From Candidatus Latescibacterota bacterium (GTDB lineage: Bacteria; Latescibacterota; UBA2968; UBA8231), in assembly GCA_965223905.1 (NCBI GenBank), contig CBDCXV010000009.1:832001-896000 (forward strand): 64,000 bases of DNA, read 5' to 3'. The notes beneath the pieces were generated by a model, which saw nothing but the letters and a program-made list of their open reading frames with translations, was not told the DNA's origin and did not search any database. The stretch's first letter is position 1; every line of letters starts with the position of its first letter. The position numbers were made by a program, and so were the translations under genes. Below, in pieces: positions 19,460 to 28,795 of this stretch.

Positions 19460-20050
19460 ATGGCACGCGGTCGCATTTGGACACCCGAAGAAGATGATCG
19501 CCTTCGCGCCCTTGCGAAGGAGAACGCCAAGGGGATTTCGATACGGGGGCACCGCCGCCGGTATCATGGCCGTTTCAGGCAGATCGCCGAAGAGTTGGGG
19601 CGGTCCTACGCGGCCGTGTTGAAGCGCGCCAGTCGTATCGGCGCCGACAGTTACCGTCCACGCCGATCTCCCGAATTGCGGAGATTATTGAAGGGAATAA
19701 GAGCGATGCCGCCGAAGGAGAGAGCGAAACGGCGATGCGGAGGACGCGGCCGGCCCTGGACCGAAGCCGAGGACGAGGAAATACGCCGGGCGGCGCGTTT
19801 CAACGCAACGCAAGGCCCCTTCCTCTTGTGCCTGGACGACGACGGGAAGTATGTGTGGATCAGCCGCTTGAAGGACCTCGCCGATCAGATGAGGCGGACC
19901 CCTGCGGCGGTGCGCAAGCGAGCCAGCCGCCTCGGTGCGAGAAGTCTTCCCCGACACTACGATTCGACCGATCCTACCAGCGTCTGGCGCAGGTCCTCCA
20001 CGTCGTCGAATCGCCCATCAGCGAACGCGGCAAGCAGCGCCCCAGCCTGA
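19460..20050 (+). CDS. Protein with two Myb/SANT-like repeats
   Basis: WTPEEDDRLR..IAEELGRSYAAVLKRASRIG and WTEAEDEEIR..LADQMRRTPAAVRKRASRLG. Confidence 0.7.
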   Translation: MARGRIWTPEEDDRLRALAKENAKGISIRGHRRRYHGRFRQIAEELGRSYAAVLKRASRIGADSYRPRRSPELRRLLKGIRAMPPKERAKRRCGGRGRPWTEAEDEEIRRAARFNATQGPFLLCLDDDGKYVWISRLKDLADQMRRTPAAVRKRASRLGARSLPRHYDSTDPTSVWRRSSTSSNRPSANAASSAPA

Positions 20051-21059
20051 ATCCCCTGGCCCATAGCAACCTGCAAGGCCCACCTGAAAAGGTGCTCGGG
20101 CGTGCACCCTTTTGGCGGGGTTTTAACTTCGCATATTTGTGTTTATCGAAAGTAAAACGGGGTGAATGGCCCGTGGCATCAGTGCACGTTCGTTCAGTTG
20201 GGCAAGGGGAGCGAAGGGGGCGACAAGCGAGATCTGCGGAAGCAACGGAGGGCGACGCCCGCCGCACCGCCCCCCGCTTCAGCTCGGCGCGCGGGACGCC
20301 GCCCGCGCGGGAGGTGCGTCGGCACCAGGCGCGAAGGAACGCGCGAGGGGGGGACCGTCCGGGGGTGCCCAAGCGCCGGAGTCCCGCGCGACCGGTGCGG
20401 ATCTCAGCGAGTCAGCCCCCTCGCTGTGATCGCGGGGTTTGAATTTTTTTCAAAAAAAAAGCGGCGGAAGCCAGCTTTCCGAAAGAGCTTATCCCAGGGT
20501 TAAAGATCTGTTTGGAAAGGGAAGCAAAGTGATCCCACCGAACCGCTCGACGAAAATCGCACGAGAGCTCTGACAAGAAAGCACCGCCTCCTCGTGCGCG
20601 TCCGTGCTTGGTGCCTTTATCCGACTTAGGTCCAAGGTCGGGGACCACTTCCTGCCCTTCGACCCGGACCCTGCTCCTGGTCGCCGATAAGCACCGCGAA
20701 CCGGCTGGACTCGCCATCCAATCAGGACCGCCTGGGTTGAGGGGGTAAGGCCGGCCGAGACGATTCGTGGTCCAGCGTTCAGGCGGTGGGCCTTAGCCAC
20801 GGCCTGTTTCCTGGGTCATCCCCTTGTTCTGGAGGCGTTTCTTCGTCTTGAACCGCCTATCATCGCAGCGACCATTTTCTGGTTGTCTCCTGTTGTCTCC
20901 TAATATTCGTTATGATCCGCTTCCTGTAGAGGGGTCCATCCGTATTCCCAGTCCTCCACATTTGGATCGGCTCCGGCGTTCAGAAGTGCGGCAACGACAG
21001 CCAGGTCGTTTCCCTGTACCGCAAGGTGCAGGAAAGTTTCTCCGGAAAAGGGATTTGGG

Positions 21060-21240
21060 TCGGCCCCCGCATTCAAAAAGCACGGTGACGGCAGCCAAGT
21101 CCCCTCGGTCTACCGCATGGTACAAGGGAGTTTCGCCGGTGTCGTCCGACGCATTAGGATCAGCTCCAGCGGCTAAACCCGACCGGCAGGGGAGGAAGCT
21201 CGTATGGGCTGCCGCCGCATCCTCTGGTTCCTGGTCAAAT
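21060..21240 (-). pseudogene. Ankyrin-repeat gene remnant
   Basis: AAGADPNASDDTGETPLYHAVDRGDLAAVTVL embedded in non-coding-looking frames. Confidence 0.55.
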
Positions 21241-21471
21241 GCGCCGAGTAGGGATGGAAACGCCCGACTTGGTATTTTTTTTGAGCGGATTGAGCGGGAC
21301 CTCCCGGAATATCCTGGAAAACTATGGTTCCTAATGAAACCTGACTGCTCGGAAGCTTTATTTTTCCCCTGGTCAGAACCATGTTGACAACTAAACAAAG
21401 ACGCGGTTGCATAGGAGGTGTGAGATGTAAAGCTCAGTTGTTTGTGAACCCGTTCCATTACCCCCCCTTCA

Positions 21472-21660
21472 ATGGAGCAACCTGGAATGCCCCCCAAACC
21501 GTATTCCTTCATCGAGCAGGTCTGGTCCCGTGTCTCCCCGAGGCTTCTCCGGAGAATGCATCAGGCGATAGAAAAAGACGAGTCCGTCGACTCGCTGGCC
21601 GCGTGGGTTCGTTTGGCCATCGTCGAGAAGCTCGAGCGCGACGAACGGTTTCACGTTTGA
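21472..21660 (+). CDS. Small ribbon-helix-helix-like regulator
   Basis: VWSRVSPRLLRRM...SLAAWVRLAIVEKL; precedes and overlaps primase. Confidence 0.5.
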   Translation: MEQPGMPPKPYSFIEQVWSRVSPRLLRRMHQAIEKDESVDSLAAWVRLAIVEKLERDERFHV

Positions 21661-22901
21661 GGACTACCCTGTTGAGCAGCGCGGACAACATCGACTTCGC
21701 CGCCCTGATGGCGGAGGTGGCCCGCCGCCTGTTGGGAGAACCTACGTCGGTCGACAACGGCGGGAACACCTGGCGGTATCGAGGGAAGGGTTCGCTGGCG
21801 GTTCATGTTGGCGGTGACCGGGCTGGCACCTTCAAGGACTGGGAAAGCGGCGACTCCGGCGGCGTGCTGAAGCTGATCAAAAAACAGAAGGATTGCGACC
21901 GCGCCGCGGCCATGGCCTGGCTGGAACGCGAAGGGCGGATACCGGCCAAGTCAGACCGACGTCGGACCGGAGCACCCCCGTCGAACCGCACCAGAACCGC
22001 TCAGAAGCCCGCCAAGCCTCGATCCACGACCTCCACCTCGACACCTGTCCACAAAGAGGAAGACCCTCAGGCGATTGCCTACGCAGGCCAGCTGTGGGAT
22101 GCCGGGGTCCGGGCCGACGACACCCCCGGACGTGTCTACCTGTCCAGGCGTTGGATCTGGCCCGGCGTCGATTTGGCCGGATCCCCGAATCTGCCCTTCG
22201 AGACCGTGCGCTGGCTGTCCCGCCAGGCCGCGCACCAGGTCCCCGTCCCCCAAACTGAACAACCCTTGAAGCTGCCCGGAGACGCCGACGGAGCCCTGCT
22301 GTTCGCGTTCACCGACGCGGCCGGCAACGTGGTCGCGGTGCAGGTCGAGGCCCTGACCGCGGCTGGGAAACGCACCCGAAAGCGATTACGGCCAAACCGG
22401 GGACGCATGGAGGAGGTCATGCGATTGTCCCCTCGAGGATCCCGCCAGCCCCTGCTTGTCCTGATCGAGGGCCCTGTGGACGCTTTGGCGGCAATCTGGT
22501 TATATCCTGGTGCTGTGGCGTGGTGTTGTGGCGGCCGCCTGAAGCCTCCGGCGGATTTGCCGGACGGCTACGCCGTGCTCATTGAAGCAGACGGCGATGG
22601 TTCCGGACGAACGGCAGCGGCCGAAGTGCGCGATGCTCTGGAGCTCAAGGGCGTACCGGTGAGGGTGAACTGGCGAACCCAGGGAGACTTGGCAGAAGGA
22701 TGGGCTGACACGGTTCGCTACGAGCGTATTGAGCGTGCGGCCCTTCTGGAGATCGACGGAGAGCTGACCCGAGAAGAAGCCGAAGCCGCCGCCGCCGAAG
22801 CCTGGCCGCCAAGCCGGCTATGGGCGCCCTGGATAGCAGGCGAAGGCGTGCCCTTTTTCAACCAAGTGACGTTGAACGTCGAGAAAGGACCTGAAAAATG
22901 A
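21657..22901 (+). CDS. Toprim primase (DUF7146/Toprim_3-like); start uncertain
   Basis: WRYRGKGSLAV..GTFKDWESGDSGGVL, YLSRR, LIEGPVDALA, IEADGDGSG. Confidence 0.75.
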   Translation: MRTTLLSSADNIDFAALMAEVARRLLGEPTSVDNGGNTWRYRGKGSLAVHVGGDRAGTFKDWESGDSGGVLKLIKKQKDCDRAAAMAWLEREGRIPAKSDRRRTGAPPSNRTRTAQKPAKPRSTTSTSTPVHKEEDPQAIAYAGQLWDAGVRADDTPGRVYLSRRWIWPGVDLAGSPNLPFETVRWLSRQAAHQVPVPQTEQPLKLPGDADGALLFAFTDAAGNVVAVQVEALTAAGKRTRKRLRPNRGRMEEVMRLSPRGSRQPLLVLIEGPVDALAAIWLYPGAVAWCCGGRLKPPADLPDGYAVLIEADGDGSGRTAAAEVRDALELKGVPVRVNWRTQGDLAEGWADTVRYERIERAALLEIDGELTREEAEAAAAEAWPPSRLWAPWIAGEGVPFFNQVTLNVEKGPEK

Positions 22902-24166
22902 ACGACAATCCGACCACCGCCCAGCCTTGGCGAGCCGTCATACGCGATTTGTTCACTGAGTGGGAAACGCGACGTAATGATGAGCCCAACCCAGCTCTGG
23001 AGATGCTGGAACGCCTGCGCAACTTTTTTGAGCCCTCTGAAGACGTCCCGACTGAACAGGAACCGCCGGCCGCCGAAATCCTGGATGCAGCCCACAAGGC
23101 ATGGAAAGAAAACCCTGACGACCCGGCAGTTCTACACAACCTGCTCGAAAAAAAGAAACCGCAGCTGTTTCAACCCGCGTCCGTATGGAAAGACGCCGTA
23201 GACCCGGCCCCCATACTGTGGCGTGACAACCCGGAGGACCGTTATGCCCACAGCGTAGTGTCAGAGGGGGAAGTCGGCATCCTGAGCAGCGCCGGAGGAA
23301 CCGGCAAATCCTACCTGTCCCTGGCGTGGGCTCAGGCGGCCTGCAAGGCTCATGCGGCGCTTCCCCCGGTAAGCCACGGAGCCGCCTGTGGTCTGCGAGT
23401 AGCTGCCGGCCCGGTGGCCCTGATCAGCTACGAGGATACCCCGGAGCGCATTGCGGTGCGCCTCGGGAACATAGGCTCGATTCCGGACGACCTGTACGTG
23501 TGGCCCGACCCGGCCCCCTTGTGGCACGGAGAAGCCGAGGTAGGCGGCGTAAGCCTCCCGGCTCCACAATGGTCCGACGTGTGGGAACAGATCCGTCAGA
23601 TCGGAGCAAAGCTGCTGATAGTTGACCCGGCATCGGCCGCTCTCGCCGACGTGTCTACGTCAGAAACCGGTCCCGTGCGCGCCTTTCTGCGCGCGATGAC
23701 CTTGGAAGCGAAACGCGCCGGATGCGGTGTCCTGATCGTGGCCCACAATACCAAAGCCGCCCGCATAGCCATAGCGCAAGGCGACCTGGAGACGGGGGCC
23801 GCGGATCCAGTGGCCGGTTCGTCGGTGTGGCATGACGGTGCCCGCGGCGTGCTCGTGTTGACGCGCGATCGGCTATCCAAAACCGATCGCGTATTGGTTC
23901 TTGCCAAGTCGAACTACGGTCGTACTGGCTGGGGGGCCCGGTTGAAGGAACGGTTCCTTGACGAAAACAAACAACATTTTGCCGGCTTGGAACTGGGGAC
24001 CGTCATGGATTCGGATGCAGTAAACGCATGGAGCGAGTCCGTTGCGACGAGCAAGAGAAGAACCAATCAGGAAAAGAAGGAAAAACCAACCTCCAGCCGG
24101 ATTGCCGACTCCGGTTCACAAGACCCAGAAGATTGGACAGTAGAAGAGGATGAACAACAACAGTAA
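22898..24166 (+). CDS. AAA_25 / RepA-like SF4 helicase
   Basis: Walker A AGGTGKS, SYED, LLIVDP, VLIVAHNTK, GSSVW..GAR, KSNY; ATGA overlap. Confidence 0.85.
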   Translation: MNDNPTTAQPWRAVIRDLFTEWETRRNDEPNPALEMLERLRNFFEPSEDVPTEQEPPAAEILDAAHKAWKENPDDPAVLHNLLEKKKPQLFQPASVWKDAVDPAPILWRDNPEDRYAHSVVSEGEVGILSSAGGTGKSYLSLAWAQAACKAHAALPPVSHGAACGLRVAAGPVALISYEDTPERIAVRLGNIGSIPDDLYVWPDPAPLWHGEAEVGGVSLPAPQWSDVWEQIRQIGAKLLIVDPASAALADVSTSETGPVRAFLRAMTLEAKRAGCGVLIVAHNTKAARIAIAQGDLETGAADPVAGSSVWHDGARGVLVLTRDRLSKTDRVLVLAKSNYGRTGWGARLKERFLDENKQHFAGLELGTVMDSDAVNAWSESVATSKRRTNQEKKEKPTSSRIADSGSQDPEDWTVEEDEQQQ

Positions 24167-25943
24167 ATGTCGAAAGGAAGAAAACCCTGTCCTCGTAGTC
24201 TGTTCTGCCCTTGCAAACCGGGATCGTCAAGAACGATGGAAAAGGTTGGGGAATTCCAAAACCAAGGCTCTGGCCTTCTGTTTGCAAGGCGTCGAGTTCG
24301 GCGGTAGGCGCTATGTCTCTCCAGAACCCTTTCGCCCTTCGGAATTGCTTGACGTCCCTGCTTTGCCGGGACGATACCGGATCCAGGACGGTTTGTTTCT
24401 ACTATCCGGGACTTGGGGGAAGAAAAACGAGGGAGAGCCCGGAATCATAGGCAGAAAGTCGCCCCCCGAACCCCCCGACCATCAACCGCCAGGGAAACGG
24501 CTAAGCCCGGATCATTTCTCGATTTCTACTCCTGACCCTGACCCTGATCCTTTTTTTGACCCGGACATCGCATGGAAAAGCCTTCGTGCCGCGATGTGGA
24601 ACCTTGTGCGCAGCTATTTACCAGAGGAGATGGTTCCACAAGACTGGCCGCCCAAGAACCGAGACCTCGCCCAATTTCTGTGGAGAGAAGCATCTAGGCG
24701 GAGCCTTGCGCCTGTTTTTGACGAAATGGGCAGACGATGGTGTCCCAATCCATTTCCGATTGCATGGATTATCGACGCCTTAAAACAAACACCGGTAGGA
24801 CCGGGAGTATCAGCCTATGCCGAGGTAGTTGAACAACTACAACCCTCCCCTCCGATAAGAGAGGCGAGCCTGCTTGCAAATAGAGAAAAGCGGAAAACAA
24901 CAGGACCGGGAATCGTCCTAGTTCGATTTCCGGGGGTGATGAGCCTTCTTGACGCCCCCCTGGTGAAAGTAGCTTGTGAAAGTGACCCTGAATTAGTAGC
25001 TACCGCACCTTTTGATCGCCCATTACGGCGTTATCGGGTAGAAATCCCCCTCCAACGGACTCTTTTTCCAGGACCGATGACGCTGGAGGGAAATCCAACG
25101 GAGGGGACATGGATAGATGCTTTAGCAGAATTAGACCTCTTGGACAATCGTTCGCCGATCAGAAGCGACCTCTTCCGGTTTGCCCTCATTGTCTATGCCT
25201 TGCCTGGCCCCGTCACAATTACTGAAGACGTGGGCGCCATTCTGGTAGGTGGACGCGACACGCCATCGAATCGGATCCGCTTTTGGACGCTTTATGAAGT
25301 CATGCGGTACCTGCATGGAAAAGTCGGCCGTCACGGTGGACGGTATGACTTCTTTGATACCGAAGCCGCTGGCAATGTGGCCAGAATTGGCGCGCCGGCT
25401 TGGTGGATCAACCAAACCAATCTGAGACACTACAAGCTGTCAGGTGGACTACTTCGTTTGCCAGATGCCAGAGCAGGGAACCAATGGAAGGGCGGACTCT
25501 TTCGATCCTTGAATGGAATCGAAACCGCATTGCTGTACGGTCCGACCTCAGGCAAAAAGAAGGGAGGGCGAATGTCTCATTACTTTCAGGCCACGACGCC
25601 TGGAGGTCCCGGCCCGGAGGTATTCGTCCGACAATGGCAGGTGCTCCGATTTGCAGGCGAAAATGTGACCGAAAACAGCATAAAGGAAAGCAGCAAAGAT
25701 CGGAATCGATACATGAGACGGTTAGAAGCGATGTACGAGAAAGGCTATGTCTGTACAGATGGGAAACCGGCCCCTGCCGGAGATACCATTGAAATCACAC
25801 GTCAAGTGAAGGGCGGCGGAAATCATCCCAGTGGGTTGTTTGTTCGCGCCTCGGCTCGCGGCTGCGCATTGCACACCCGCAATGGCTCAGAGGAGTTTCG
25901 GTTGCCAGGGTCGCATTTGGTTGAAAAGCTGAAAAACCGCTGA
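24150..25943 (+). CDS. Unknown 597-aa protein, candidate replication initiator
   Basis: Overlaps helicase end; stop codon is immediately followed by iterons; no family recognised. Confidence 0.65.
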   Translation: MNNNSKCRKEENPVLVVCSALANRDRQERWKRLGNSKTKALAFCLQGVEFGGRRYVSPEPFRPSELLDVPALPGRYRIQDGLFLLSGTWGKKNEGEPGIIGRKSPPEPPDHQPPGKRLSPDHFSISTPDPDPDPFFDPDIAWKSLRAAMWNLVRSYLPEEMVPQDWPPKNRDLAQFLWREASRRSLAPVFDEMGRRWCPNPFPIAWIIDALKQTPVGPGVSAYAEVVEQLQPSPPIREASLLANREKRKTTGPGIVLVRFPGVMSLLDAPLVKVACESDPELVATAPFDRPLRRYRVEIPLQRTLFPGPMTLEGNPTEGTWIDALAELDLLDNRSPIRSDLFRFALIVYALPGPVTITEDVGAILVGGRDTPSNRIRFWTLYEVMRYLHGKVGRHGGRYDFFDTEAAGNVARIGAPAWWINQTNLRHYKLSGGLLRLPDARAGNQWKGGLFRSLNGIETALLYGPTSGKKKGGRMSHYFQATTPGGPGPEVFVRQWQVLRFAGENVTENSIKESSKDRNRYMRRLEAMYEKGYVCTDGKPAPAGDTIEITRQVKGGGNHPSGLFVRASARGCALHTRNGSEEFRLPGSHLVEKLKNR

Positions 25944-26024
25944 GACCGTGACGCAGAACCCCTTGGACCGTGACGCAGAACCCCTTGGACCGTGACGCAG
26001 AACCCCTTGGACCGTGACGCAGAA
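25944..26024 (+). repeat. 22-bp tandem iterons (3 perfect + 15-bp partial), putative oriV
   Basis: GACCGTGACGCAGAACCCCTTG at 25944, 25966, 25988, partial at 26010. Confidence 0.85.
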
Positions 26025-26622
26025 ACCTCCTGATTTCGTCGTAACTCGTTGTAAAACAATCGGGTTCTCGATTTCCCAAGACCCCCTACGCCCCTACGTC
26101 CCTAATAGTAGGGGAGGACACCGAGAAGGGGCCTCTATCGGCCTTCTCGGTGTCTCCCTTTTCCAATATTCCAATGCTCGTCGAGGTGCGAGGAGTATCA
26201 TCCAAGCCTGATTCGGGCCTTGGATCGGCCCGCCGGTCGAGAACCATCCAGAGGACCACGCCGGCAGCGCATGCGGCGGCCAGCCCCAGCACGGCCGCGC
26301 AGCCGAAATCCCGAAATCGTGGAAGATCCGCCCAAGAGGGAACGTCCGGGATTTGCTCTCAACTTGGAGGATAGGTACGATTCCCTTCCCTATCCGACAC
26401 GCGAAGAAATCGCCACCACGGTTGAGGAATATTGCGCTGCCGAGACCAGGCTTTCGACTCTCCAAAAAGAGCTGGAAAACCACCTCCCTTAGCGGATGAT
26501 GGCCTTGGCCTTCTCGGCCCCCTGCCTCCTCGACGGTCTGCCAAACCGGCCGCGGCCGCGCACTTTCCACCGAGCTCTTGTCGCCGCGGGCAAAAATATC
26601 GTCGCTGGCACGATGGAGAACG

Positions 26623-26979
26623 CTAGAGGGGGGCCGAGCAATCGTCGAGCAGCCCGTCCCTCCGTAGCGCTTCCCGGTGACGTTCAACGCTTTCCTTCCG
26701 TAGTTCCTCAGCGGTCTTTTTCGGTCCGTGAACCCAGCCGATAAGCCCCCCGATCAACGCCGCTGCGACAAAACCGATCAGGTGGAACAGGCTCCAAAAG
26801 TCCCAGCTCAGGAAGTAGCAGGCCGGGGCAAACAAGGCGCCGCCCAAGGCCGCGTTGAGCAGTCTGGGCTTTTGCATCCAATCGTCCAGCGCCTCGAGGA
26901 CGCAGCCGGGTCCCAGGCCGAGAATGGCGCCGATCAGGGCCACCCCCGCGTAGACCTGCCAGGTCGGTATCGTTTCCAT
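26623..26979 (-). CDS. Small membrane protein (paralog of 28038-28379)
   Basis: Three hydrophobic segments; AALIGGLIGWVHGPKKT shared with paralog. Confidence 0.7.
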   Translation of the reverse strand: METIPTWQVYAGVALIGAILGLGPGCVLEALDDWMQKPRLLNAALGGALFAPACYFLSWDFWSLFHLIGFVAAALIGGLIGWVHGPKKTAEELRKESVERHREALRRDGLLDDCSAPL

Positions 26980-27073
26980 TTTCGGCTCCTTCACGTTTCC
27001 TCGGTCCGTTGGCGACGGCCCGGTTTTCGGACAAGGACAGGCTGTGGTAAACCGCGTCCCCATCTTCGTCCTC

Positions 27074-27690
27074 CTACTCCTTCCACATCAGCGCCATCTC
27101 GATTAATTCCTCGCACTCCATCGCCACATCCGGGTCGGCTCCCGCGTCCAGAAACACAGCGACCACGGCCAGGATCTCTTCGACAGGAAAATCGACCGAA
27201 TCGGTCACCCTTTGGACCACCTTGTAAAAGGGAGATTCTTCGAGTTGGTCCTGCACATTCGGGTCGGCTCGGGCGGCCAGGAGCACAAGTGATTTACTGG
27301 CAGGATGTCTCGGACCGAATATCCGTCGTCCGGGTCCAGAATCCTGTGAAGGGGGAAATCCCCTGAATGGTCCTGAACATTTTAGGATCGGCCCCGGCTG
27401 CCAGGAGCGCGGTGACGAATCGCCAGACGATTAAACCACACCGTCAGGTGAAGAGGGGTTCGACCGAAATTGTTCCGAACATTCGGGTCGGCTCCGGCCT
27501 GCAGGAGTGCGACGACAACCGGCAGATCGTTTCTTGCTACCGCCTCGTGTAGGGGATGGCGACCGTTTTCGCCCGGTGCGTTCGGGTTGGCTCCGGCATT
27601 CAGGAGGGCGGCGATGAGGGCGGCCGGGTTTGTTTCATAATGTTGCATTCTAATCGCTACCCGATTAGAATTTGTGCTGCCACACATCAA
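27074..27690 (-). pseudogene. Frameshifted ankyrin-repeat gene
   Basis: LLNAGANPNAPGENGRHPLH, LLQAGADPNVRNNFGRTPLH, ARADPNVQD, FLDAGADPD in different frames. Confidence 0.7.
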
Positions 27691-28037
27691 CGAGAAACCC
27701 GATGTGCCGGGTTTTTCGCTGAATACAACAGCCAGAAATTCCCGGCATAGGGGTAGCTCCCCGGTGCTTGGCGAATAGGCGGAACCACATCGTTCTCGTT
27801 GATGGTGGCAGGGCCCGGCAACCCTTTTTTAACAGCCGGGCTTCCTCTCATCCTTTCAGGAGGACGACCCATGCGCTGTGATCTCGTACCCCCCCCCTTC
27901 CGCACCACCCGCTGAACCCGCTCAACAGCTAACGAGAGGCCGGTCCCCTCCGGTCCTTTCTCGCACGTCCCTGCCTTTCGATGCCCCCCTTCGGGCGCGC
28001 CGTCGAACGACCCTTTGAGAACGTGAGGTAAGCGAAA

Positions 28038-28379
28038 ATGGAAACGGCTCAAACAGCCTGGGTGGGCGTGGGCCTGTTCGGCGCCTTTATCGGCTTCGCG
28101 GTGGGTTCTTTTTGCGAATGGATGGAAGGTTGGAGGGACAAACTCCGAATGCTCACCGCGGCTCTGGGCGGCGCCCTCGGCACCCTGACCTACTTCTTGA
28201 TCTGGACCCCGTGGACAATCGACGAAATCTGCGGCTTCCACCCGGTCGTCTTGCTCCTGGCAGCGTTGATCGGGGGGCTTATCGGCTGGGTTCACGGACC
28301 GAAAAAGACCGATGAGGAACGATGCAAGGCCTCCGTAGAAGCCCACCGGGAGGCGCTGGGGAGGGACGGGCTGATGTAA
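28038..28379 (+). CDS. Small membrane protein (paralog of 26623-26979)
   Basis: GAGG RBS; hydrophobic helices; shared C-terminal motif. Confidence 0.7.
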   Translation: METAQTAWVGVGLFGAFIGFAVGSFCEWMEGWRDKLRMLTAALGGALGTLTYFLIWTPWTIDEICGFHPVVLLLAALIGGLIGWVHGPKKTDEERCKASVEAHREALGRDGLM

Positions 28380-28380
28380 A

Positions 28381-28686
28381 ATGGGGCAAGCCGATCAGAG
28401 ACGGAAAGAAAACCAAGCCCGCCGGCAGATGCTGCCGCTAGCGTGGGAATTGAAGCACCAGTGGACGCAGGCCCGCCCGAAGATGGTGGAGGAGATGAGG
28501 GCGGGGGGGGTCTTGTTCCAGTTATTGGAACAGGCCGGGGAGAGGGGGGCCCGGATGTACGACCACCTCCGGGACAACAAGGGCCTGACACACGAAGAGG
28601 CGATGGAGCTGGTCCTGGACGACCTGGAGAAGCTCCCCGAGGAGAACCAGCCGGAGATCGGGGGGCCGGTGCTCCCCTACAGCTAA
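28381..28686 (+). CDS. Hypothetical protein
   Basis: Starts 1 nt after previous stop; LKHQW..ARPKMVEEM..GLTHEEAMELV. Confidence 0.6.
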   Translation: MGQADQRRKENQARRQMLPLAWELKHQWTQARPKMVEEMRAGGVLFQLLEQAGERGARMYDHLRDNKGLTHEEAMELVLDDLEKLPEENQPEIGGPVLPYS

Positions 28687-28795
28687 AACGGCTACTAACC
28701 GGAAGCCTCTCCAAATTCGGACAAGGCTTGGGTGGGGGGGCCGCGCCCGCGTGGCGGCATCCCCCCCACCACTTCCAAGGAGAGGGAGGGAAGAA

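Noticed and set aside
20290-20470. GC-rich non-coding stretch ending in T/A runs as cos or oriT site
   Set aside because: Only a vague resemblance; no terminase, HNH or relaxase gene to support it
25944-26024. Possible CRISPR array
   Set aside because: Repeats are directly tandem with no spacers and no cas genes; better explained as iterons
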